30,545 nt of DNA from a virus. Its lineage: Duplodnaviria; Caudoviricetes. Shown piece by piece: positions 5,953 through 14,046 of the stretch (the first letter of the stretch is position 1; the number at the start of each line of letters is the position of its first letter). The position numbers and the translations under genes were made by a program. The DNA is taken from the IMG/VR virus record IMGVR_UViG_3300032271_001718, positions 1-30,545 of that record; one strand, 5' to 3'. The notes below the pieces were generated by a model. It searched no databases, was not told the origin of the DNA, and worked only from the letters and a program-made list of their open reading frames with translations.

Positions 5953-6064
5953 CATGAGATATAAAGAATTTTATAAGATATATAGATAACGTTCTAAATA
6001 ATAGATATTAATCGATTTATGAACACTAATTCCACACAATCAAGCATTCAATTAGGAGTATTCA

Positions 6065-7106
6065 ATGAAAATATATGAAGGTACCCAAGCTGTTAAAAAT
6101 TTTAAATCAGCTTTGAAAGCGAAAACTGGCAGAATACCTGAGAAACATGAAGAGGGATATGTTAAAGTATCAGAAACCATTGAAAATGGTGCAATATTTC
6201 CCAGGGTATTACCTAAATTTTTCTTTGAGCCAAATGAACAAGTATTCACGATTGGTTCATGTTTTGCCCGAGAAATAGAAACTGTGTTAAAAAACAACGG
6301 ACTGAGTGTACCCGTCGCTGAAATGAGGTTTCCAGTCGGCGAAGTCGGTGGTCACCATGACCATGAATACGATGCGCATTTGCTTAATGAATATAATGCT
6401 GGCACTATTCTTCAACGAATAGAAAATGCAGCTGGTATATTTTCGTATACAGATGATATGGGAATACAAGCAGCTGCCCCTGGGTACCTATTACATAGAC
6501 AGTGAAATGAAAGAAGCTTGTCTCGGCGAAGGTTGGTATTTTGATATGTTTTTGCGAGACCACGTACAAGCTTTGCCATTGCCTAGAATATTAGAACGAC
6601 GCAAAGAAATAGAGAATTTATACAAGAAAATGCTGGAGTCTGACAAGATAATCATTACATTGGGTCTAGTAGAAGCATGGTTTGATAATTATACAAATTG
6701 CTATGTAAATCATACGCCCAGTTTCTCAGTGATATCATCTGATCCGTTGCGCTGGAGTCTACATCGCATGGATGTAGATGATGTGTTATTTCGTATGGCA
6801 AAAGCTATAAAAATATTAAATTCGATATCAAAGAAAAATATATTGATCACCGTTAGTCCGGTGCCGTTGACTGCGACCTTTACGGGGAACAATATATCAT
6901 TGGCGTCCTGTTATTCTAAATCTGTCTTGAGAATCGCCGCCGAAAAACTCACTGAACAGTTTGATAATGTTGATTATTTTCCTAGCTATGAAATAGTTAT
7001 GTCATTTGGAACAGCTGGTGGATTTACTGAAGATAACGTACACGTTAGGCCTGAGATTGTTAAACATGTAACAGAATACATGCTAGCTAATTACAGAAAA
7101 AAATAA
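6065..7106 (+). pseudogene. GSCFA-domain (SGNH-like hydrolase) protein split by a +1 frameshift near 6482
   Basis: ORF 6065-6505 has IGSCFA; ORF 6426-7106 has TLGLVEAW, TVSPVPL, YFPSYEIV, DNVH. Removing one G at 6482-6484 fuses them as ...AAPGTYYIDSE... Confidence 0.8.
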
Positions 7107-7149
7107 TTATATCGATTGCAGACTGTTGAATTATTCAGGGAAGTATTAA

Positions 7150-7674
7150 ATGAAATTTAAAGAATTTGCAGAGGACAATACTATACTTGAACAGATTCTA
7201 GCAATCCACGAAGCAGATTCGTGGAGCTTAATGGAAAATGCTGGATCAGTTAACGATACAGTGTTTTTTAAAAGCCCGATGTACGATGAAACAATGGCAC
7301 AATTTCCAGGATTGCATGACAAGATTAGACAGTTCATGGATCTGAAGCAGCAAAAATATGATACGCCTTTTGGCTCTAATGACAAAGCTTTTTTGGGCGG
7401 CCTGCATTACACCAAACAAATCCCTGATTTACGAAAAGCGCATTTGTCCGCTGATGAATCATTGGTTTATCGTTTCGAGGGTAAAAATCCTAGAAAGTTT
7501 TATTTGTTTGGCGTCTTCAATCATCACACACTGGGAACAAGTGATACGCAGAATAGAAACAGACAAAAAAGCATGGCTAAGCAATTAGGTAATATTCAAG
7601 ATCCTGCTAATTTTCAACAGATTCCATCCGGCTCAGGCAAAACTCGACCAGTTCAAGAGCAAAAGCGTCGCTAA
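7150..7674 (+). CDS. Putative YafQ/RelE-superfamily ribonuclease with N-terminal extension
   Basis: NDKAFLGG...LRKAHLSADESLVY...LFGVFNHHTLG resembles the YafQ pattern DH.L.G...R.AH..PD..LIY...G.H..LF. Recognised by eye only. Confidence 0.55.
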   Translation: MKFKEFAEDNTILEQILAIHEADSWSLMENAGSVNDTVFFKSPMYDETMAQFPGLHDKIRQFMDLKQQKYDTPFGSNDKAFLGGLHYTKQIPDLRKAHLSADESLVYRFEGKNPRKFYLFGVFNHHTLGTSDTQNRNRQKSMAKQLGNIQDPANFQQIPSGSGKTRPVQEQKRR

Positions 7675-7742
7675 GTGATTGAGTTCTAAGAACAAATTAT
7701 TTTTCAAAAACGGTTGACAATATCTAACCATTTTGCTATACT
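7672..7742 (+). promoter_or_regulatory. Early (sigma70-type) promoter module, copy 1
   Basis: TTGACA 7714-7719, 17-nt spacer, TATACT 7737-7742; upstream TAAGTGATTGA.TTCTAAGAACAAA and AT-tract; repeated at 7915-7986. Confidence 0.85.
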
Positions 7743-7771
7743 TTCTCTATACTGAATAGAGAAACACTGAT

Positions 7772-7921
7772 ATGAAGTACACCACAGTCAACGGAATCAA
7801 GACCTTGTATATCAAAAAGACTGCCATGCAGATGGCGCGACTGTTTAAGGACGGCGCTATGCTTGATTTTTTGCGTAAAACCCCGAGCTGTCGCTTTGTT
7901 CCTAAACAGAATCGTAAGTGA
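7772..7921 (+). CDS. Small basic hypothetical protein (49 aa, MKYTTVNGIK...QNRK)
   Basis: ORF directly downstream of promoter copy 1, ending within promoter copy 2. Confidence 0.6.
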   Translation: MKYTTVNGIKTLYIKKTAMQMARLFKDGAMLDFLRKTPSCRFVPKQNRK

Positions 7922-7986
7922 TTGATTTCTAAGAACAAAATATTTTTTTAAAAACGGTTGACAATATACAACCGTTTTGATATACT
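7915..7986 (+). promoter_or_regulatory. Early (sigma70-type) promoter module, copy 2, with perfect inverted repeat
   Basis: TTGACA 7958-7963, 17 nt, TATACT 7981-7986; AAAACGGTTG-N8-CAACCGTTTT (7951-7978). Confidence 0.85.
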
Positions 7987-8014
7987 GTCTGCATAAATGA
8001 ATAAAGGAATCGAC

Positions 8015-8209
8015 ATGACCAATCTGACACTCAACGAACAACGCAGTACGCTTATTCGGATGTTCCCCGAGGTCGCTCGCATCACCTACGAGTACGGCAG
8101 CTGGGGGGTGACCAATGTTATCGGTGAAGATGAAGTAACCGAGCTGTACACTTATATTAGTGGCACCAAGAAGTTTCAGCGCGTCGGTGTCATCTCGGTC
8201 GAAATTTAA
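8015..8209 (+). CDS. Small hypothetical protein
   Basis: SD AAGGAA before ATG 8015; downstream of promoter copy 2. Confidence 0.65.
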   Translation: MTNLTLNEQRSTLIRMFPEVARITYEYGSWGVTNVIGEDEVTELYTYISGTKKFQRVGVISVEI

Positions 8210-8218
8210 GGATACACA

Positions 8219-8791
8219 ATGTCTAGCACATGGATTACATCGGATCTCCACCTAGGACATTCCAACATCATCAAGTATTGTCCCAAGACTCGTGGTCAAT
8301 ATCGCGACGGACAGCACATGAATGAAAGCATGATTGCTGAATGGAATAGTCATGTTGATGAAAATGACACAGTGTATATCCTAGGCGATGTGGGTTTTAT
8401 GACCACTGAAAAGCTGATTGAAACAGTGAATCGCCTGCAAGGCAAGAAGATTCTGATTGAAGGCAATCACGATAGAAAAGCATTGAAGAATGAAGCATAT
8501 CGCGCTTGCTTTGCTGAGATACATCAGTATTTGACTATTGGATTTGAAGGCACCAAGGTAGTGATGTTTCACTATCCTATTCTCGATCACGAAGAGTGTG
8601 CGCGAGGTTCAGTACATTTTCACGGTCATCGTCACGGCGATCCTAGCGGACTTGAAAAATATCGTGTGCGTGATGTGGGTGTAGATGCCACTGGCAAAGT
8701 TGTCACGCTGATGCGTGATATGATTGTAGATGCTATGAAAGGTTCAATTAAATCTCATCATGAAGGAGAAAGCCTGCGTGACAAACAATGA
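8219..8791 (+). CDS. Calcineurin-like metallophosphoesterase
   Basis: SDLH.GH, LGD, GNHD, HYP, HGH.H motifs. Confidence 0.9.
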   Translation: MSSTWITSDLHLGHSNIIKYCPKTRGQYRDGQHMNESMIAEWNSHVDENDTVYILGDVGFMTTEKLIETVNRLQGKKILIEGNHDRKALKNEAYRACFAEIHQYLTIGFEGTKVVMFHYPILDHEECARGSVHFHGHRHGDPSGLEKYRVRDVGVDATGKVVTLMRDMIVDAMKGSIKSHHEGESLRDKQ

Positions 8792-8966
8792 AACTCCGAT
8801 GGGTTATATTAATGCGTATTATGACGGACTTCGAGAAGGCGTGTGGCGATTTGCTTATATGAAAGATGGTGTCTACTACGTAGGCACCACGGGCAAGACA
8901 CTAAAAGAAGCTCAGGCTGAAATCGAAGCAGATCGCAAACGGGATTTATCAGAAGCAGAACTCTGA
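8760..8966 (+). CDS. Hypothetical protein
   Basis: ORF packed between the phosphoesterase and the ligase; start uncertain. Confidence 0.6.
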   Translation: MKEKACVTNNETPMGYINAYYDGLREGVWRFAYMKDGVYYVGTTGKTLKEAQAEIEADRKRDLSEAEL

Positions 8967-8976
8967 GGAAATATAC

Positions 8977-9876
8977 ATGGATAAGCAGGTGTTAGCACAG
9001 TTTGTGCAGGACAACCCCAAATTAGTGTCCATGAAGACCGCAAAAGAGGATATTTTTGTACTCAAGTACAAGAAACGAGTGTTTTTTGATAACTTGTGGA
9101 ACGATTTTCTTGAAGAGTGTCGAGGTACTATAGTAGACAAGAACTTTAATGTAATATCTCGTCCGTTCACCAAGATTTATAACTACGGAATCGAACTGCG
9201 TGCACCTAAGATTGATAGCAAGCAGATAGTAACTGCATATCGAAAAATCAATGGATTTATGGTAGCCATGACCTGGTATCAGGATGATATCCTGGTATCT
9301 ACCACTGGCTCAATTGATTCTGAATATGTTGATATGGCACGAGAAATCATGTTGACTCATCAGTCGTGGTCTGGGTGGCAAGAACATATTCGTGCAGCAG
9401 AAGGCTATACCCTGATGTTTGAATGTGTGCATCCTCAGGATCCCCATATCGTGCCTGAGAAGTCTGGCATGTACTTTCTTGGGCAACGAGAAAATTCATG
9501 GAATTCAGTGGTTGACGGATATGCAGAATTGATTCAATGGCAAGACTTGGCTGTAAAGTTGGGCTGCTATAAACCTGAGTCATTTCAAACAACCATGGGT
9601 GAAGTGCAAGTGATGGCTAGGGCGGCACAACATGAAGGATTTGTAATTTATACGCAAGATGGATTAGCAACCAAAATCAAAACTCCGTACTACTTGGTAA
9701 ACAAGTTTGTGGCTCGTAACCCGCGAACTGACAAAATCATGAACGATAATATTTGGCAGCTAGTGGACGAAGAGTTTTATCCGTTGATTTACAAGATCCG
9801 TCAGAATATTGAAACGTATACTGCACTGTCTGAGCAAGAACGATTGGCATGGGTGCGTGATTATTTTGGATCATAA
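8977..9876 (+). CDS. rnl1: RNA ligase 1 (T4 Rnl1-like)
   Basis: ECRG, PF.K.YN, motif I KINGF, FE, EGFV, KIK; SD GAGG. Confidence 0.85.
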   Translation: MDKQVLAQFVQDNPKLVSMKTAKEDIFVLKYKKRVFFDNLWNDFLEECRGTIVDKNFNVISRPFTKIYNYGIELRAPKIDSKQIVTAYRKINGFMVAMTWYQDDILVSTTGSIDSEYVDMAREIMLTHQSWSGWQEHIRAAEGYTLMFECVHPQDPHIVPEKSGMYFLGQRENSWNSVVDGYAELIQWQDLAVKLGCYKPESFQTTMGEVQVMARAAQHEGFVIYTQDGLATKIKTPYYLVNKFVARNPRTDKIMNDNIWQLVDEEFYPLIYKIRQNIETYTALSEQERLAWVRDYFGS

Positions 9877-9877
9877 T

Positions 9878-10165
9878 ATGAAAGTAATTACTTTAGATAA
9901 ACGCTATTGGCTGAATCGTGTTTACGGTATTAAACACGCAATGTATTTTGCTAATGGATATTCGCCTGATACCTGGCTTCTTAGAAAATATCTGAGACAT
10001 AACCATGCTACAGAATCTTATGGCGAAAATCACATAGAGTATGTGACGTACTATCCCAAAAGAATCAATGGCATGGTTCCTTGGATGGTAGGATTTTTAG
10101 ATGAATCTAACTTGTCTAGAATTCTTTTGGCAAATTGGAATGTTGCAAGCACACACGACATATGA
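9878..10165 (+). CDS. Hypothetical protein
   Basis: ATG 9878 immediately after the ligase stop; open to 10165. Confidence 0.6.
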   Translation: MKVITLDKRYWLNRVYGIKHAMYFANGYSPDTWLLRKYLRHNHATESYGENHIEYVTYYPKRINGMVPWMVGFLDESNLSRILLANWNVASTHDI

Positions 10166-10177
10166 GAGAATTTAAAT

Positions 10178-10460
10178 TCAGAGATTGGGCACAGCACAGG
10201 GCAGGCATCTGTTACCGGTGGGAGCACGAATACAAACATCACATCTTCCGCCCTAAAGAAAATAATATCGGATACTTCCGAGGCGGGTGAGGGATTTTAA
10301 AGTTTGGAAAGGTTAGCTAGACTCCAGGAAAAATCTTGTATTGTTGTTGAAAGTTAAGATGTGCAACGATATAAACAATGCAAGATGCATCGTAGCGAAG
10401 ACGTTCGTTACTGCTGATGGTCCACGGTTGAAAAACAGATTTAATGTGCCCAATCTTTGA
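10178..10460 (+). ncRNA. Unidentified ~283-nt highly structured RNA (strand assumed from neighbours and G-U pairs)
   Basis: 16-bp terminal helix 10178-10193/10445-10460, nested helices, a 13-bp arm and a probable pseudoknot; no credible ORF. Confidence 0.7.
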
Positions 10461-10483
10461 TCTTATAGGTAAGTAAAGAACAT

Positions 10484-10558
10484 TCCTCTCAACGCACAAG
10501 GTGTGCGGCCGGACTGTTAATCCGTGTGAGTTCCGTTCGATTCGGAAGGGAGGAGCCA
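10484..10558 (+). tRNA. tRNA-Asn(GUU)
   Basis: TCCTCTC/GGGAGGA acceptor, GCAC-AAGGT-GTGC D arm, CGGA-CT GTT AA-TCCG, TTCCG-TTCGATT-CGGAA, GCCA. Confidence 0.88.
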
Positions 10559-10570
10559 AATTTATAAATG

Positions 10571-10647
10571 CGGGGTGTGGGCTAATGGTAAGCCTCCTGC
10601 TTTGGGAGCAGGACATCATGGGAGTTCAAATCTCTCCACCCCGACCA
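10571..10647 (+). tRNA. tRNA-Pro(UGG), intact
   Basis: CGGGGTG/CACCCCG acceptor, CCTGC-TT TGG GA-GCAGG, GGGAG-TTCAAAT-CTCTC, ACCA. Confidence 0.93.
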
Positions 10648-10655
10648 TTTAAAAA

Positions 10656-10730
10656 GCCCCTATCGTATAATGGCTATTACAGTTGACTAGTAACCAACTA
10701 ATCTCTGTTCAATTCAGAGTGGGGGCACCA
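10656..10730 (+). tRNA. tRNA-Thr(AGU)
   Basis: GCCCCTA/TGGGGGC acceptor, GTTGA-CT AGT AA-CCAAC, CTCTG-TTCAATT-CAGAG, ACCA. Confidence 0.85.
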
Positions 10731-10789
10731 TCTAACTAACTTGTGTTTTTTTCTTTCTACATAGTAGAATACACATAAGTAATCTTACA

Positions 10790-10864
10790 GCCCCTATCGT
10801 ATAATGGCTATTACAGTTGACTTGTAATCATCAAATCTCTGTTCAATTCAGAGTGGGGGCACCA
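10790..10864 (+). tRNA. tRNA-Thr(UGU)
   Basis: Same body as 10656-10730, with GTTGA-CT TGT AA-TCATC. Confidence 0.9.
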
Positions 10865-10911
10865 AACTAAGCGGGTATATTCGATAGAATCACCCATTAC
10901 AAATTAAACTT

Positions 10912-11724
10912 ATGAAACCTAAATTTCAACAATTATACATGAACGTAGCACAATATATTAATTATACAAATCTTTCAAAAAGTCTGGAATCGTTCCCTAA
11001 CGCATATCCATATGATCATTGTATAGTTGATGATTTTTTTGCAACTGAATTTGCTGAAACGCTAGCGAACGAGTTTATACCATATGATTCGCCTTCCTGG
11101 TGGAATTATAAAAATGTATTGGAAGAAAAAAAAGTATGTAGTAATTGGACGGAATTTCCCGCAGCAACTTATTCTACTTTTTCCTATTTAAATAGTTTAG
11201 AATTTTTGGACTTTCTATCCAAAAAAATAGACATAGAGTTAATATCTGATTCAGGGCTACATGGCGGAGGTTGGCACTGCCACGGCCCCGGTGGAAAACT
11301 GAACCCACATCTGGATTATAACATACATCCTAAATTAGGATTACAGCGAGTTATTAACATTATTATCTATCTCGGTAATGAATTACAGGAAGAACATGGA
11401 GGGCATTTAGGACTATGGGATGCAGACGAAAATGGGAAACCAAATCAACTGATAAAGGAAATTCCGCCTAGGTTTAATCGCGCAGTTATATTTAATACTA
11501 CTCAGTGTTCATGGCACGGCATCAGTCGAAAATTAACACAACCTGAGGGCATTTACCGTAAAAGTCTCGCTATATATTATTTGCGAACCCCACTACCAAA
11601 TCCTGATCCACGAAACCGAGCATTATTTGCTCCAATTGGAGATCAGATAACCGATCCTGAGATATTAGAAATAATCAGGCTACGCAGCGACGTAAGCACA
11701 TCCTCAAAAGTTTATATTAAATGA
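10912..11724 (+). CDS. 2OG-Fe(II) oxygenase
   Basis: PYDH..VDDFF, LHGGG, HLD (HxD), SWHG, RKSLA motifs. The first ~13 aa are copied from the dCMP deaminase N-terminus. Confidence 0.88.
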   Translation: MKPKFQQLYMNVAQYINYTNLSKSLESFPNAYPYDHCIVDDFFATEFAETLANEFIPYDSPSWWNYKNVLEEKKVCSNWTEFPAATYSTFSYLNSLEFLDFLSKKIDIELISDSGLHGGGWHCHGPGGKLNPHLDYNIHPKLGLQRVINIIIYLGNELQEEHGGHLGLWDADENGKPNQLIKEIPPRFNRAVIFNTTQCSWHGISRKLTQPEGIYRKSLAIYYLRTPLPNPDPRNRALFAPIGDQITDPEILEIIRLRSDVSTSSKVYIK

Positions 11725-11744
11725 AGCCTAAATTCCAACAATTA

Positions 11745-11813
11745 AACGCACAAGGTGTGCAACTAGACTACTAGTCAGTGTGAGTTCCGTTCGATTCGAA
11801 AGGCAAGAGCAAA
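11745..11813 (+). pseudogene. Degenerate copy of tRNA-Asn
   Basis: AACGCACAAGGTGTGC and GTGAGTTCCGTTCGATTC are identical to the gene at 10484. Anticodon arm and acceptor are disrupted; no CCA. Confidence 0.85.
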
Positions 11814-11869
11814 AATTTTTGCGTAAAAAATATTTCAGAGCCGTAAACCTGAGTAAATATTTTCATAAT

Positions 11870-11944
11870 CTCCCTATAGTACAATGGCTATTACAGTTGA
11901 CTTGTAATCATCAAATCTCTGTTCAATTCAGAGTAAGGGCACCA
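11870..11944 (+). pseudogene. Third tRNA-Thr(UGU) copy with damaged acceptor stem
   Basis: Near-identical to 10790-10864, but the acceptor CTCCCTA/TAAGGGC has two mismatches; ACCA retained. Confidence 0.75.
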
Positions 11945-11964
11945 ATCAATAAAATTAAACAATA

Positions 11965-12672
11965 ATGAAAACAGCAATATTAATCAGTGGCGGCCAACGA
12001 TATTTGCGTCGTGGTATATTTGAAACTATAAAAATTTTTTCTAATTGGGGAGAGGTTGATTTTTTTATCAGACTATGGAAAAGTCCAGGGCAACCTGAGA
12101 CTCCAGAACAACTGATAAAATTTTGGCATGACAACGGCATTCCAAAACATTGGAATTTCAGAACAGTACAAATTTTAGAAGATAACCCACCTCATCACCC
12201 ACCCTATCTTCCTTTAAATCTAGCAGAATGGGCGCCAAATCACTTAACTATGTTTTGGGGAGTAGTAAAAGCCAATGATCTTCGAGTAAAATATCAAGAA
12301 GCGACGGGTACAGAATATAATTTAGTTTTTCGTTTACGAACAGATGTATGGCCTTCAATTCATAGCCGTACATCTGACATTTATAATGATATTATAGATT
12401 TAGCGGAATACGTGGAACCTGCTAAAACTTCCTTGTTTACTGGCACCAATTTCTCAGATACACTTCAATTTGGCAGTCCGCAAATGTTCGACAAGTATGT
12501 TAACTATTGGGACCACCTTAAGAAAATGAGTGTGAACTGGGATTTTGTTCACCCTGAGGAATCATTGGAAAATTACTTTAAAGTGTCAGATATTCCGTAT
12601 GGCTATATACCAGCGCATGTTTCAGCTTGGCGGTCTGGTCAAGAATATAAAGTTAGACCAGGAAATTGGTAA
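11965..12672 (+). CDS. Hypothetical, glycosyltransferase-like viral family (A..ISG..R / RxRxD / HPE)
   Basis: MKTAILISG, FRLRTD, SD...FG, HPE motifs; paralogue of the next ORF. Confidence 0.6.
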   Translation: MKTAILISGGQRYLRRGIFETIKIFSNWGEVDFFIRLWKSPGQPETPEQLIKFWHDNGIPKHWNFRTVQILEDNPPHHPPYLPLNLAEWAPNHLTMFWGVVKANDLRVKYQEATGTEYNLVFRLRTDVWPSIHSRTSDIYNDIIDLAEYVEPAKTSLFTGTNFSDTLQFGSPQMFDKYVNYWDHLKKMSVNWDFVHPEESLENYFKVSDIPYGYIPAHVSAWRSGQEYKVRPGNW

Positions 12673-12692
12673 TTTTCATCGGTATTTTTTAC

Positions 12693-12700
12693 TATAAATA
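12693..12700 (+). promoter_or_regulatory. T4-like late promoter TATAAATA
   Basis: Exact box upstream of SD AAGGA and ATG 12727. Confidence 0.6.
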
Positions 12701-12726
12701 AATCAAGATTATATAAAGGAATAGAA

Positions 12727-13491
12727 ATGAGAACAGCGATAATGTTATCTGGATGGCCGAGATTTCATGCAGAATTTGACGAACAACTAGAAAATTTATA
12801 CGGTAGTGAAATCGATTGGATCGTTGTATTTTGGAAAACCACTGAAGATTTTTATTTTCCGGAGGCGCACACGCCTTCATGGACAGAATCAGTAAAAAAT
12901 GAAGATGATGCTAAACATTGGTTGAAACAACGTATGCCTTCGCATCACAACTTAGCACATTTCAGTTTTATCGATTGTAATGAGTTCCCTGATGACTATG
13001 TAATCAGCGACTATCCTAATCAGGTCACAGTAGTACCATTCAATACCTTTAGACAATTTTATATGGTAAAAAAAGTTTATGAGGCTAGTATGGCTTATGG
13101 CCCATATGATTTAATAATGCGCACTAGACCCGATATGAGTTTATCGATTCCTGTTCATCTAGATAAAATATATGAACGATTAAAACAGGATCCGATGCGA
13201 ATTGTAATACCTAGTAATAATAGACAAGGAGATTTTAATGATTTGTTTGCGATAGGCTTACCTGAGACAATGCAAATATATTCTACTGTGGTTGACTACT
13301 TTAATAAAATGTATTTTGATTATAACGTGACCTTTCATACAGAAAATTTAGTACTACACGCACTGAAATACAAAGGCGTTCATTGGATGGATGATGGTTA
13401 TATTGCGAATGTGCGCAAAAAAGGAAAATTTCTTACGCCCCTATGGACACAGGGAGTAAAATATTATGAAGCTGACTTTGGTAGATGGTAA
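12727..13491 (+). CDS. Hypothetical, glycosyltransferase-like viral family
   Basis: MRTAIMLSGWPR, YDLIMRTRPD, NDLFAIG, HTE; paralogue of 11965-12672. Confidence 0.6.
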   Translation: MRTAIMLSGWPRFHAEFDEQLENLYGSEIDWIVVFWKTTEDFYFPEAHTPSWTESVKNEDDAKHWLKQRMPSHHNLAHFSFIDCNEFPDDYVISDYPNQVTVVPFNTFRQFYMVKKVYEASMAYGPYDLIMRTRPDMSLSIPVHLDKIYERLKQDPMRIVIPSNNRQGDFNDLFAIGLPETMQIYSTVVDYFNKMYFDYNVTFHTENLVLHALKYKGVHWMDDGYIANVRKKGKFLTPLWTQGVKYYEADFGRW

Positions 13492-13541
13492 TCTAAACAC
13501 GGCATATATACTCATTAATTTAAATTTTTTAAAGATAAAAC

Positions 13542-13973
13542 ATGAAACCTAAGTTCCAGCAGCTATACATGAATATAGCCCGAGAAGTAGCAAGTATGAG
13601 TTATGCTCGGCGTTTAAAAGTCGGTGCTATTGTAGTCAAAGATGATAGAATCATCTCCATGGGCTATAATGGCATGCCCTCAGGATGGGATAACAATTGT
13701 GAAATTGAGACACGTTACGAAGATGGTGGCGTTAATCTTACTACTAGACCTGAAGTATTGCATGCAGAAATGAATGCATTAATGAAGTTGGCTAAAAGTA
13801 CCGAATCAGGTATTGATGCTTCGTTATTTGTTACGCATAGTCCTTGTATGGAATGTAGCAAAGGTATCTATCAAGCAGGTATAGCAAGAGTTTTCTACGC
13901 ACACGACTATCGCGATGATTCTGGGCTCCGATTCTTAAAATACTCCAAAATTGATGTTATTAAGTTTGAATAA
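13542..13973 (+). CDS. cd: dCMP deaminase
   Basis: KVGA, GYNG.P.G, HAE.NA, PCMEC Zn motifs. Confidence 0.95.
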   Translation: MKPKFQQLYMNIAREVASMSYARRLKVGAIVVKDDRIISMGYNGMPSGWDNNCEIETRYEDGGVNLTTRPEVLHAEMNALMKLAKSTESGIDASLFVTHSPCMECSKGIYQAGIARVFYAHDYRDDSGLRFLKYSKIDVIKFE

Positions 13974-14046
13974 ATTATTTTTAACTTGACATTCTTTTTC
14001 TTTTAGTATAATCTAGACATTAAATCAACTGTTAGAGGAAATATTT

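Noticed and set aside
7672-7986. CRISPR array or att sites from the repeated 71-bp sequence
   Set aside because: Only two imperfect copies ~243 bp apart, each a canonical promoter; no cas gene or integrase in the window.
7736-8251. 171-aa minus-strand ORF
   Set aside because: Antisense to two promoters and two small SD-led ORFs; no recognisable motif.
10178-10460. RNase P RNA, tmRNA or 6S RNA identity; ORFs 10051-10242 and 10317-10619
   Set aside because: No GAGGAAAGUCC/P4 motif, no tRNA-Ala-like ends or tag frame, and too branched for 6S. The ORFs are antisense shadows of the RNA and tRNAs.
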